From contig JBBSWH010000018.1 in NCBI GenBank assembly GCA_038046385.1, positions 1 through 20,054 of the forward strand: DNA of 20,054 nt. Direction: 5' to 3'. Shown piece by piece: positions 1 through 9,548 of the stretch. The translations under genes and the position numbers were made by a program. The notes beneath the pieces are model-generated. The model did no database searches, was not told the origin of the DNA, and saw only the letters and a program-made list of their open reading frames with translations. The DNA comes from Nanobdellota archaeon. Its GTDB lineage: Archaea > Nanobdellota > Nanobdellia > Woesearchaeales > GW2011-AR4. Numbering within the stretch: position 1 is the stretch's first letter; the number at the start of each line of letters is the position of its first letter.

Positions 1-17
1 CGTTGCTTTTACCTAAA

Positions 18-53
18 GGAAACTCCACCCTTTAGGGTGCGAGAGGAGGTCAT
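18..53 (+). mobile_element. Probable IS200/IS605 (tnpB) family right end / 3' end of omegaRNA scaffold
   Basis: GGAAACTCCACCCTTTAGGGTGCGAGAGGAGGTCAT: hairpin CACCCT-TT-AGGGTG (26-39) followed by GAGGAGGTCA, the typical layout of IS605-family right ends. The element body would lie left of the window. Confidence 0.6.
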
Positions 54-64
54 TATAGACCATT

Positions 65-952
65 ATGCAGAATCTACGACAAAAACATTTAATAAGTGAT
101 AGTCATCACTCAATAATAAATAAAATGACAGAAATTAGCTCAACAGGTAATTCCCTTGAAGCCCTTTTAAGACAAAAAGGGAAGATAAGGCTTACTGATG
201 AGGAAGTCAGAAGAATAATATCTCTAGCTGGAGCTTTGCACGATAGTTCTGATGAATCCGGAACACCTTTAATGAATTTAGATAGGGTGGCAGATATCTC
301 GGCTCAAGTTGGAATCAATTCTCCTTCTTTGGTAATCGCAGCGCAAACAGTGCTTGACGAAAAAGCATATAATGCAGAACAAGCAGGATTATTTGCAGAT
401 GACTTGTCCCAAAAAGTTTCAGCCCTTGAACAGAGCCTCATAATGTTTGCAAGACAGTTTAGAGTGCTTGCAAAAGAAACTAATCGTTCCCATATAGTAC
501 ATTCTATACAAATAGATGGAAGTTCCAACAATGTTGCTTATGACCTAGACTTCAATAAGGGTGGAAATTATGCTTTGGATATATCTGTAACGACTGACCC
601 TTTCTATAGTTCAATGTTCAGATTAATTGTCGGCCCAAAATTCAAGGAAAACTCCGTACATTATTGGGCTGATAGGATTACCTCATTTGCAAAACGAGAA
701 ATGGGAAATTTCCCCCAGTATATGGTAAATCTGCTTATCAAAAACCATACACACCCTCAAGCAGATAATTGGTTTACAAGAGATTTAAGGGAGTTTTACA
801 GAGAAGTGATGGAAGATAGAGTTAACTATCTACCATATTATAAGATAACCGGGAAACATTTCAAATTTGCATTAGATAATCTCCCAAGAATAATTGCAGA
901 TTATTTCCGCGCCCAAGATGCAAAATACAGGCAACTCAGAACAGGATTATAA
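65..952 (+). CDS. Hypothetical protein (start may be ATG 125)
   Basis: 295-aa ORF with no motif I recognise. Confidence 0.7.
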   Translation: MQNLRQKHLISDSHHSIINKMTEISSTGNSLEALLRQKGKIRLTDEEVRRIISLAGALHDSSDESGTPLMNLDRVADISAQVGINSPSLVIAAQTVLDEKAYNAEQAGLFADDLSQKVSALEQSLIMFARQFRVLAKETNRSHIVHSIQIDGSSNNVAYDLDFNKGGNYALDISVTTDPFYSSMFRLIVGPKFKENSVHYWADRITSFAKREMGNFPQYMVNLLIKNHTHPQADNWFTRDLREFYREVMEDRVNYLPYYKITGKHFKFALDNLPRIIADYFRAQDAKYRQLRTGL

Positions 953-981
953 ACTATTGATAATACTGTCCAATAGTAACC

Positions 982-989
982 TTTAAATA
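982..989 (+). promoter_or_regulatory. Archaeal TATA box of purA (probably leaderless)
   Basis: TTTAAATA ending 23 nt before ATG 1012; the same spacing recurs at several genes in the window. Confidence 0.6.
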
Positions 990-990
990 A

Positions 991-2250
<1,260 letters not shown>

Positions 2251-2302
2251 ACTGGGGATACACTTATTTTTTATTGATCATATAATTTAAAACAGATTAA
2301 AG

Positions 2303-2339
2303 TATAACATAGTTATATTTTTTTAGGAATCTTTAAATA
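2303..2339 (+). promoter_or_regulatory. Palindrome (possible operator) and TATA box upstream of the RelE-like gene
   Basis: TATAAC-ATA-GTTATA at 2303-2317; TTTAAATA at 2332-2339, about 23 nt before ATG 2363. Confidence 0.45.
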
Positions 2340-2362
2340 AAGTAAACTCAATAATTCTTAAA

Positions 2363-2680
2363 ATGTACAAAGTTATTGGAACAGATACTTATCTCAAAGA
2401 AATCAAAAAATGGCCTAAACCTGATTTTGAAGCGGCAAACAGGCTTCCAAAACAGCTTGCAGAAAACCCGCTTACCGGAAAGCCCTTAAGTTATACCTTT
2501 CTAAGAGAGAAAAAGATACGGGAAAAGAGAATATACTATCTTGTTTATGAAGATTTGGAAATGGTTTTGCTTGTAGCTGTAAGCGGCAAAAAGGACCAGC
2601 AGGCAACTATAGACCATATAAAAGAAAATTTGAAAGAATACAGAAAAGTTGCAGAAGATGTTTCTAAGCAAGCCTTTTGA
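2363..2680 (+). CDS. RelE/ParE-superfamily toxin
   Basis: 105 aa, basic; L.ENP..GKPL....LREKKI...RIYY.V pattern of RelE-fold toxins. Confidence 0.75.
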   Translation: MYKVIGTDTYLKEIKKWPKPDFEAANRLPKQLAENPLTGKPLSYTFLREKKIREKRIYYLVYEDLEMVLLVAVSGKKDQQATIDHIKENLKEYRKVAEDVSKQAF

Positions 2681-2798
2681 ATCTGCCCTGCTTTAAGTCT
2701 TCTAAACTAGCGGAAAACTGTCTTATCAAGTCAAAATCAAGCTCTTCCAGCTTCTTAAGTCGCTGATACTCTTTTTTTGATATTGTGATTGTTTCCAT
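2664..2798 (-). CDS. Small putative antitoxin (44 aa, not in ORF track)
   Basis: My translation: METITISKKEYQRLKKLEELDFDLIRQFSASLEDLKQGRFKRLA. Resembles small archaeal antitoxins (..SLEDLK.GR..). TATA-like TTTATATA lies about 22 nt upstream on the minus strand. Confidence 0.7.
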   Translation of the reverse strand: METITISKKEYQRLKKLEELDFDLIRQFSASLEDLKQGRFKRLA

Positions 2799-2840
2799 TA
2801 TACTGCTTAATTGGGCTTCTTATATATAAAAATTGCTGTT

Positions 2841-3824
2841 TTAAACAATCTTATAAGTTCCAGGCAGCATGAATACTTTTTCTGTCTTGACCGCTACTCC
2901 TTTAAGGTTCATCATAGCTTCTGAAGAAATCTGGGCTTTTCCGATTGCAACAAGCTCATTTTTTAATGACATGATTGCGACATTATCATCTTTCAGTATT
3001 TTATCGTTAAGCTTGCTTATGCCGGGAACTTTCAAATCGACACCGTGGCACATGCTTTCAATCGTTGTGTCAAATACCCATATTTTTGGGAGATGATTAA
3101 CGGCATTTTCCATTGGCTGGATTACTTTTCTTATCAATTTGTCATTGTTTTCATTTTTCCAGTAATGGTATGCATCTGTCAGTTCCTGCATTGTGCATAA
3201 AGTCGATTCTTCAAATGGGCCTGCTTTTGTACGCCGCAACTCGGCCATGTGGGCGCCGCAGTCTAATCTTAACCCAATGTCATGGATAAGTTTTCTTATG
3301 TAAGTTCCTGCTTCTGTTCCTGTTTTAAACAAAACATCCTGCCCGTCAATCTCGAGAATGTCAAGATAATAAATGCTTCTTGTTCTTAACTGCCTTTTTA
3401 CAGAGCTTTTTATCGGAGGCAATTGCCTTATCTTTCCGAGGAATTCATTTCTTATTGTTTCTCTTAATGTTTTTTCTTCAATTTCCTTATGAAGATGCAT
3501 TATCGCAACATATTCTTTTCCCGCTGTCAGAAGATATTCAACAACTCTTGTCGCTCTTTGGAGTGCAACCGGCAAAACGCCTGTAACTGCCGGATCAAGT
3601 GTTCCTGAATGCCCGCTTTTTTCTATGTTTAGAATTTTTTGAACATAATCTGAAATTTGATGGGACGTTGGGCCTTTTGGCTTGTCTATGTTTACGATGC
3701 CATACTGTATCAATTCTTCTGTTTTTCTTTCGTTTGGATTGCAGCCGTACTTCTCTTCGGTTTCAGCTTCTTTTCTTACGAGAATACTTCGCTTTACTTG
3801 TTCAAACGGCAATAAATTATACAT
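2841..3824 (-). CDS. cbf5: H/ACA RNA-guided pseudouridine synthase Cbf5 (TruB family)
   Basis: IDKPKGPTSHQ, GHSGTLDPAVTGVL, GTYIRKL, ELRRT and a C-terminal PUA domain. Confidence 0.96.
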   Translation of the reverse strand: MYNLLPFEQVKRSILVRKEAETEEKYGCNPNERKTEELIQYGIVNIDKPKGPTSHQISDYVQKILNIEKSGHSGTLDPAVTGVLPVALQRATRVVEYLLTAGKEYVAIMHLHKEIEEKTLRETIRNEFLGKIRQLPPIKSSVKRQLRTRSIYYLDILEIDGQDVLFKTGTEAGTYIRKLIHDIGLRLDCGAHMAELRRTKAGPFEESTLCTMQELTDAYHYWKNENNDKLIRKVIQPMENAVNHLPKIWVFDTTIESMCHGVDLKVPGISKLNDKILKDDNVAIMSLKNELVAIGKAQISSEAMMNLKGVAVKTEKVFMLPGTYKIV

Positions 3825-3861
3825 AATACGAGAATAGATTATGGTTTAATAAATGTATTTG

Positions 3862-4788
3862 TTAGCTTTTTTGGTGCAATTCCAGCATTGCATTAAGGCC
3901 GCCTTGAATTGCTCTTTCTATAGCAGAATCATAATCAGTTAAGAAAGTTCCAGCTGGCCTGTTGGCAACTATTACGCATACTGTTCCGCTTCTGTATCCC
4001 ATCTGAGCCGTCAGGTGGAAGATGAGGCTTGATTCCATTTCAAAATTTACAACCCTATGACCGTCCACTTCTAATGTTGCAAGATGCTCTTGCAGTTTGG
4101 GAATAGTAATTTCTAGCCCGGGAATTTCCCTTCCTTGATTTCCAAAAAACCCAGACGCAGTTGTCGTTATGCCTGTAACATACCCTTCTCCAATGCCATT
4201 TTTGAGCGCCTCAACAACTTCTGGAGAAGATCTTGAAGCATAAGGGTATATTTTTCCCTTGAATCTTCTGCCATCCGGAGTTGCATCTGTTATCAGCCTA
4301 TATGCTTTCTCCTCAATTCTCAATACGGTGCTGTCAGGCACCGGTGCATTATAAAATAATCCTGTGTTATCCAGGCCCAATCCATAAGTGCTTATGGCCA
4401 ATGTTCCGGGCTCAACAGCTCTTTGAATACCACCTGAAGTTCCTATTCTTATGACTGTCAACGGCTTTGCTCCTTCTTTCTTGATTCTTGCTTCAAGATC
4501 TATTTCATTGACTCCGTATGCCTCAACTAATGTAATCTCATTGTTGTCTGTTCCAATTCCGGTCCCGATGACTGTAACAGGCATTCCCCTGTAAGTTCCG
4601 GTTCTGGTCATATATTCTCTATTGTTTACCTTATCCTCAACAGAATCAAAATGATCTGCAACTTTGTCTGCCCTGTCAGGATCTCCGACTAAAAAAATAT
4701 TTCTTGCAAGCTGGCTAGCATCCAATCTAAGGTGGTAAACTTTGCCGTCAACAATTACCAATTCCGAATCTTTTATTGGTTCTACCAT
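3862..4788 (-). CDS. udp: Uridine/nucleoside phosphorylase (PNP/UDP family)
   Basis: YHL, VGDPDRA, REY, GTGIG, IRIGTSGG and NFEMESS motifs. Confidence 0.85.
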   Translation of the reverse strand: MVEPIKDSELVIVDGKVYHLRLDASQLARNIFLVGDPDRADKVADHFDSVEDKVNNREYMTRTGTYRGMPVTVIGTGIGTDNNEITLVEAYGVNEIDLEARIKKEGAKPLTVIRIGTSGGIQRAVEPGTLAISTYGLGLDNTGLFYNAPVPDSTVLRIEEKAYRLITDATPDGRRFKGKIYPYASRSSPEVVEALKNGIGEGYVTGITTTASGFFGNQGREIPGLEITIPKLQEHLATLEVDGHRVVNFEMESSLIFHLTAQMGYRSGTVCVIVANRPAGTFLTDYDSAIERAIQGGLNAMLELHQKS

Positions 4789-4837
4789 CTTGCCTACAAT
4801 CTAATAATATCACAGAACTCTTTTTTTGAATGTAAAC

Positions 4838-5362
4838 TCAAGCGCTCTTAGGAGCAACGTTATGGACAATGTTCTCCTTTGCAGGCTTTGTCATCTTTGT
4901 AGCATGAACTTTTGGATGCTCTTTCTTCAATTCTTTAATTTCTTCCTTTTCTATCTTCTTTGCTTCTGTCGCCTTTTCTTCTTTTGCTTCCTTTACTTCA
5001 GCTTCAAGCTTTTCTTCTTTAGTGTCTGCCTTTGTTTCCTTCTTTGAAGATTTTTTTTCATCAACTTTAGGAACATCTATTTTAGCGCCGAACAATTCAG
5101 CAACAACTTTGCCTTTGTCGTCTTTTGTTACTGTTACTTTAATGTGATGCGGAGGATTTTTCATTCCATGCTCCCACAATTTCATGTTCAAATGCCTTCC
5201 AAGGTAAACATCTTCCGATTTCATGTGCTTTGTTAGGAATTCCCGTACTGCTCTTACAGCTTTCTTTGCTTTTCTGTAAGGAGGAACTTTCAAAGTCTTG
5301 CTTCTAAGCGGGATTATATAGGTTCTTTCCAATACTTGCTTTGATTCTTCTTTCTTTGCCAT
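4838..5362 (-). CDS. rpl31e: 50S ribosomal protein L31e with long Lys/Glu-rich C-terminal extension
   Basis: LERTYIIPLR...RKAKKAVRAVREFLTKHMK...LNMKLWEHG..NPP; follows rpl39e. Confidence 0.95.
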   Translation of the reverse strand: MAKKEESKQVLERTYIIPLRSKTLKVPPYRKAKKAVRAVREFLTKHMKSEDVYLGRHLNMKLWEHGMKNPPHHIKVTVTKDDKGKVVAELFGAKIDVPKVDEKKSSKKETKADTKEEKLEAEVKEAKEEKATEAKKIEKEEIKELKKEHPKVHATKMTKPAKENIVHNVAPKSA

Positions 5363-5364
5363 GT

Positions 5365-5538
5365 TTAAGCCTTCGTCTTTGTCCTTCTCCAGCTTCTCTT
5401 CTTTTTAGTGTGACGTCCTGGGTGGACTTTTCTTGATTTGCCGTATATCTTTGGAACTGTCCAAAAAGGAGCCCATCTGGTTTGCTTTCTAAGCTTAGCC
5501 AGCCTTTTCTTCCTGCTTGGATGTTTGTATCTTGCCAT
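5365..5538 (-). CDS. rpl39e: 50S ribosomal protein L39e (57 aa, not in ORF track)
   Basis: My translation: MARYKHPSRKKRLAKLRKQTRWAPFWTVPKIYGKSRKVHPGRHTKKKRSWRRTKTKA; canonical position before rpl31e. Confidence 0.93.
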   Translation of the reverse strand: MARYKHPSRKKRLAKLRKQTRWAPFWTVPKIYGKSRKVHPGRHTKKKRSWRRTKTKA

Positions 5539-5681
5539 TTTGTTTTTTTGAATTTGATTTTATGTTTGTTATTAATTTTTTGAGTTAATGTTATCCGTTA
5601 ATGAGTTTGTTTTATTTGTTTTTTCCGTTGCTTCGCAACAATATTTTGGCTCGCCACATTGCTCGCCTATTTATTGTATCG

Positions 5682-6071
5682 CTAAACTCTGCTGATTTTG
5701 AATTCTTTCTTTTTAGGTTCCATCTGCTCAAGCAGTTTCTTGAGCATTGCGTCGTCAACTTTGCCTTTTATCTGGCCTTTTTGCATTGCCTGCAAAAGCA
5801 CCAAAAGCAACTGGACAGCTTTTTCCTGATGGGCTGTTTTAAGGTTTCCGTACCTTGCCAATGCTTCTTTTGTCAAAACCCGCTTGACAACTTCTTCGAT
5901 TTGCGCAATCTGCTGCTGCATCTGCGCCTGCTCGTTTGACTGATTCTGCAGCTTTTCCTGCTGCATACTCATCATCTCGCTAAAAAATCCCTCGGATTTT
6001 TGGCGCCCAGAAACACTTTGTGTTTCTCGGGCTTCGAGTTTTCTTTTTTTAATCTCTTCAAGCGTCGGCAT
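5682..6071 (-). CDS. PDCD5/TFAR19-like DNA-binding protein
   Basis: LEEIKKRKLE...VLTKEALARYGNLK...GQIKGKVDDAMLKKLL...EFKISR; conserved position after rps19e. Confidence 0.9.
   Translation of the reverse strand: MPTLEEIKKRKLEARETQSVSGRQKSEGFFSEMMSMQQEKLQNQSNEQAQMQQQIAQIEEVVKRVLTKEALARYGNLKTAHQEKAVQLLLVLLQAMQKGQIKGKVDDAMLKKLLEQMEPKKKEFKISRV
5976..6038. repeat. Double-hairpin palindromic element inside the PDCD5 coding sequence
   Basis: CGCTAAAAAATCC-CTC-GGATTTTTGGCG and GCCCAGAAACAC-TTT-GTGTTTCTCGGGC, bracketed by CTCG/CGAG. Confidence 0.6.
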
Positions 6072-6528
6072 TTGCCTTCACTTCTTTCGGCTTCTGCGAT
6101 GCAGTTCCGTTTATTTTTGAAGCGATTTTGTCTAAAAATGATTTTCCTTTTGGAGTTATGATTCTTCCTTTGTGAACCCCTTTGTCTTCATACCTTACAA
6201 GACCTGCTTTGTCAAGCTGCTGCAAACATTTTCTTAAAATGCTGCCAGAGCCGTCATAGTGATGTTCTTTCTTGACTCCCCTATTCTTCTTTCCGCCGTA
6301 TTTTACCCTTAATTTTGAAACGCCGATTGGACCCATCCTGTAAACTGTTCTTAGCACAGAAGCTGTTCTCATGTACCACCAATCATTGCTCATTGGAGGC
6401 CTTTCCTTGTGCGCGCCTGTCTTTACGAAAGCAGCCCATGTTGGAGGCTTTACTTCCGGCACTTTTTTCAGCTCTTGAGCTGCTCTTTCTATAAGCTCCT
6501 GCGGATCAACATCATACATGCTTGTCAT
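6058..6528 (-). CDS. rps19e: 30S ribosomal protein S19e
   Basis: PTWAAFVKTGAHKERPP..DWWYMRTASVLR..GPIGVSKLR..YGG..GSGSILRKCLQQL..GRIITPKGKSFLD. Confidence 0.97.
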   Translation of the reverse strand: MTSMYDVDPQELIERAAQELKKVPEVKPPTWAAFVKTGAHKERPPMSNDWWYMRTASVLRTVYRMGPIGVSKLRVKYGGKKNRGVKKEHHYDGSGSILRKCLQQLDKAGLVRYEDKGVHKGRIITPKGKSFLDKIASKINGTASQKPKEVKANADA

Positions 6529-6560
6529 TTTTTTAGTTTTAAATTTTTATTTTGTTTTCT

Positions 6561-6655
6561 TTGCAACGACCCGCCTATTGATTATAATTAATCAATAACG
6601 AATCTTGTATTTGCACACCTTGCGGTGTAAGAGTGGCTAAGATTACTTAGCAACA
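6561..6655 (-). promoter_or_regulatory. Structured 5' leader (or small ncRNA) upstream of rps19e
   Basis: Three minus-strand hairpins (6636-6651; 6614-6629 with a GCAA loop; 6568-6604 with G-U pairs) downstream of TATA-like TTTTTAAA (6677-6684). Confidence 0.5.
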
Positions 6656-6694
6656 TAGAAATGGAATATCTGACGGTTTAAAAAGGTTGTTGTT

Positions 6695-7222
6695 TTATAT
6701 CGGCTGATGCGTTAAGAATCCCCATGGCACTTTAGCAGGGTCTATTATTTCAGGCTCTACTCCTTCAATGTGCGGAATTCCCATAGTTCTGGGGTCTACG
6801 CCATTCTGTTCATAGCAGATTACCCTGGCAAGTTCTCCAATAACTTTATCAGTATAAAATGTTGGGGTAAAAACTGAAGTTGAATGAGAACTTGAACTAT
6901 GCATGCCGTTTAAATTTTTAGTGTTTACATACCCTGGTAAAGATACCACATAGCCGGAATCTTTGTCTCCTGCACTGCCGACATAGCCGGCTACAAAAGT
7001 TGCGACAGCCATGTTAGTGTCATTTAATACAACCACTGCTATGTTTCCCGGCTTTGAAGCTTGAACAGGCTCAGATCCAAGAATCCTGCTTACTTCTGCA
7101 ATAGGTATTCCGCTCATAAAACCAAAGAACCCGTTATTTAATAAAAACCTGATGTTATTATAGTAACAAAATTGTAATGCAACTGTTTCCATTTTGAACG
7201 GCACATGCAAATATACAAACAT
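6695..7222 (-). CDS. Hypothetical protein (true start probably ATG 7117)
   Basis: The ORF looks protein-like from MSGIPIAEV onward; the first 35 codons run through AT-rich intergenic-like DNA. Confidence 0.6.
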   Translation of the reverse strand: MFVYLHVPFKMETVALQFCYYNNIRFLLNNGFFGFMSGIPIAEVSRILGSEPVQASKPGNIAVVVLNDTNMAVATFVAGYVGSAGDKDSGYVVSLPGYVNTKNLNGMHSSSSHSTSVFTPTFYTDKVIGELARVICYEQNGVDPRTMGIPHIEGVEPEIIDPAKVPWGFLTHQPI

Positions 7223-7269
7223 ATTTATAATAAATTAGTAATTATCAGAATATCTATCGGGGTGAAAAA

Positions 7270-7536
7270 ATGGCATTAAACGCTTTAGGACATGATATCA
7301 TGCACATATTGATTGCGGCATTGGCCGGTATATTGTTTATCGTTTCTTTACTGGCTTATATTAGGACAAAAAGAACTAAGTTTATGTACATCTGCGGGGC
7401 TTTTTTGGTGTTTTCCATCAAGGAAACAATACTCGCAATTAACATAATATCTTTTGGAACTGACCCGATGATGATGCTTACTCATTTTTTTGACTTGGTA
7501 ATCCTTGCTCTTTTTGCTTTTGGCATATTCAAATGA
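7270..7536 (+). CDS. Small three-TM membrane protein
   Basis: 88 aa with three hydrophobic segments; GGGGTGA RBS; ATGA overlap with the downstream regulator. Confidence 0.8.
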   Translation: MALNALGHDIMHILIAALAGILFIVSLLAYIRTKRTKFMYICGAFLVFSIKETILAINIISFGTDPMMMLTHFFDLVILALFAFGIFK

Positions 7537-8069
7537 TTCAAGATTATTTTAAACCAGGAAAAGGGGATTTGCTGCTGGATGCCAGAAAAAGAATATATCT
7601 CACTATCGAGAAATTTCCAGGCCTGCATTTTCGGGAATTGCAGAGGATGAATAACCTGGGAATTGGAAACCTGGACTATCATTTGAACTATCTTGAAAAA
7701 AATAACCTCATCAAAGCAGAGAAATCAAAAGCCAACAAGCGATTCTACCCCCTGGGTTTAAACGATCGCGAACGCAACATCTTAGGCATATTAAGGCAAA
7801 GGAATTTCAGAAAAATAATATTAAAGCTGCTGGAAGAAAAAAATATCACTCATAAGGGAATTGCAGATTATTTAAAGATTTCTCCTTCTTCCGCAACATG
7901 GTACCTTAACCAATTATTAAGCAGAAACATCTTAATTATTTTTAAAAAAGAAAAGCGAAAGCAATATCAATTAAAAAATAAGGACGAGATAATAAAAGTT
8001 CTTATAGCCTATAGGGAAAGTTTTGTTGATAACCTGGTGGACAGTTTTGTTGAAGCATTTGAAAAATAG
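7533..8069 (+). CDS. Double winged-HTH transcriptional regulator
   Basis: RKRIY..IEKFPGLHFRELQR...GNLDYHLNYLEK plus a second HTH (THKGIADYLKISPSSATWYLNQL). Confidence 0.88.
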   Translation: MIQDYFKPGKGDLLLDARKRIYLTIEKFPGLHFRELQRMNNLGIGNLDYHLNYLEKNNLIKAEKSKANKRFYPLGLNDRERNILGILRQRNFRKIILKLLEEKNITHKGIADYLKISPSSATWYLNQLLSRNILIIFKKEKRKQYQLKNKDEIIKVLIAYRESFVDNLVDSFVEAFEK

Positions 8070-8161
8070 CAGTTCTATAATTGTTCCAACACCTATATAA
8101 GGTCAAAGTTTGCAATTCTCGCAATACATATTACAAAAAAATTAAGAGAGGGAAATAAAAA

Positions 8162-9244
8162 ATGAAAGAGCCTACACTAGATAAAAAAGAGCAGCCAGAC
8201 AAAGAAAGTTATACACATTTTAATCACGAACACAACAGAAAAATTGCATTTAGGCCAGAACACCATAAATTGAAAAAAGCAAGAACATGGCAGATTGTGT
8301 CTGCTGTTTTGGGAATTTTATTGATTGTTTCTTTTTTTACAGGAAACTTTTTTGGGCCAAAGGCATCAGACTCAAACAAAAATATAGTGGCTGATAATAC
8401 TATTAAATATATCAACCAGAACCTTCTGCAGGGAAAAGGGACTGCAACATTAACGAATGTTGAAGAGTCAAATGGGTTATATTATCTTAAACTGAAAATT
8501 AATGGCCAGGAGATGAATTCTTATGTAACTCCAGACGGCAAATTGCTGTTCCCTCAGGCAATAGACTTGACAACAACCCCTCAAATAGAAAGTACACCGC
8601 AAGCTCCATCCAATATTCCTAAATCCAGCAAACCAAAAGTGGAATTGTTTATCATGTCCCATTGCCCTTACGGCACGCAAATCGAAAAAGGGATTATCCC
8701 TGTTGTAAAAGAATTAGGGAACAAAATCGATTTTGAAGTCAAGTTCGTAAACTACGCCATGCACGGAGAGAAAGAGCTGGATGAACAACTGCTGCAATAC
8801 TGCATTCAAAAGGATTATAAAAATAAATATATGGCTTATCTTGCCAAATTCCTTGAAAATGGAGATTCTAAAGAAGCTTTAACTGCTGCAGGGCTAACTG
8901 AAACTGCTTTGGCTAACTGCATTGCTGAAACTGACAAAACCTACAGGGTGACTGAATTATTTAATGATCCGCAAAAGACCATGTGGAGCGGCAGATTTCC
9001 TCCATTCAAAGTTTATGACGCAGAAAACAAAAAATACGGCGTGCAAGGATCACCAACACTTGTAATCAATGGAGAGCAAGCAGACACCGGAAGAGACGCG
9101 CAAAGTCTTCTTGCAGCAATCTGCAGCGCATTTGATGATAAGCCTGCAGAATGCAAAACAGACCTTTCTTCAGCCGGCAACCCGGCCCCGGGATTTGGGT
9201 ATGATACGCAGGGCGGTTCAGCAACAGCCGGATGCGGGGCTTGA
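8162..9244 (+). CDS. Membrane-anchored thioredoxin-fold (DsbA/DsbC-like) protein
   Basis: N-terminal TM helix, YVTPDGKLLF, VELFIMSHCPYG and YGVQGSPTLVING (cis-Pro loop). Confidence 0.8.
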   Translation: MKEPTLDKKEQPDKESYTHFNHEHNRKIAFRPEHHKLKKARTWQIVSAVLGILLIVSFFTGNFFGPKASDSNKNIVADNTIKYINQNLLQGKGTATLTNVEESNGLYYLKLKINGQEMNSYVTPDGKLLFPQAIDLTTTPQIESTPQAPSNIPKSSKPKVELFIMSHCPYGTQIEKGIIPVVKELGNKIDFEVKFVNYAMHGEKELDEQLLQYCIQKDYKNKYMAYLAKFLENGDSKEALTAAGLTETALANCIAETDKTYRVTELFNDPQKTMWSGRFPPFKVYDAENKKYGVQGSPTLVINGEQADTGRDAQSLLAAICSAFDDKPAECKTDLSSAGNPAPGFGYDTQGGSATAGCGA

Positions 9245-9399
9245 AGTTAACAACGGAATTTAACACAGTTTTTTCCATCGAAAATTTCCCCTCGAAGTTT
9301 GAGGCAACCCACAAACTTCAGAGATGGAGAATTTTTCAGAGCTGGCAAAAATTTGGGAGAGCAAGTGCAACGCAGCGAACCGCCTAATTCCTGTTAAGT
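9245..9399 (-). repeat. attC-like site 1 (terminal site of the array)
   Basis: + strand AGTTAAC-AACGGAATT ... ATTTGGGAGAG (9351) ... TAATTCCT-GTTAAGT. Arms pair with a 2-nt bulge; internal hairpins; begins right after stop codon 9244. Confidence 0.75.
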
Positions 9400-9548
9400 T
9401 CGTTTCCCATACGAAGTGTGGGAAACCTGCGTCCGCAGAGTAATTTTTAGTTGCTCGTGTTCTATCAAATGAGCGAAGCGATGCATCAAGAACAAGAATC
9501 AAGGGGGACATTTCGTAGTAGTTGTTAGTGATGGATTGTTCTGCTTAA

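Noticed and set aside
5625-5668. GTTGCTTCGCAAC hairpin and GCTCGCC repeat between PDCD5 and rpl39e
   Set aside because: Too short to assign. It shows GCGAAGC hairpins also occur outside the array (here on the minus strand), a caveat for the strand-bias finding.
8162-9244. Thioredoxin-fold gene as a cassette gene because site 1 follows its stop codon
   Set aside because: No matching core or site upstream, and the inferred minus orientation assigns site 1 to the cassette on its right.
9066-9511. ORFs 9066-9314, 9069-9263 and 9260-9511
   Set aside because: They overlap a real gene or run through the palindromic site 1 and lack protein-like features.
9245-9548. tRNA, SRP RNA or RNase P RNA in the GC-rich intergenic stretches
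   Set aside because: No cloverleaf or T-loop, no RNase P GAGGAAAGUCC motif and no SRP helix-8 motif found; the structure is explained by the attC-like family.
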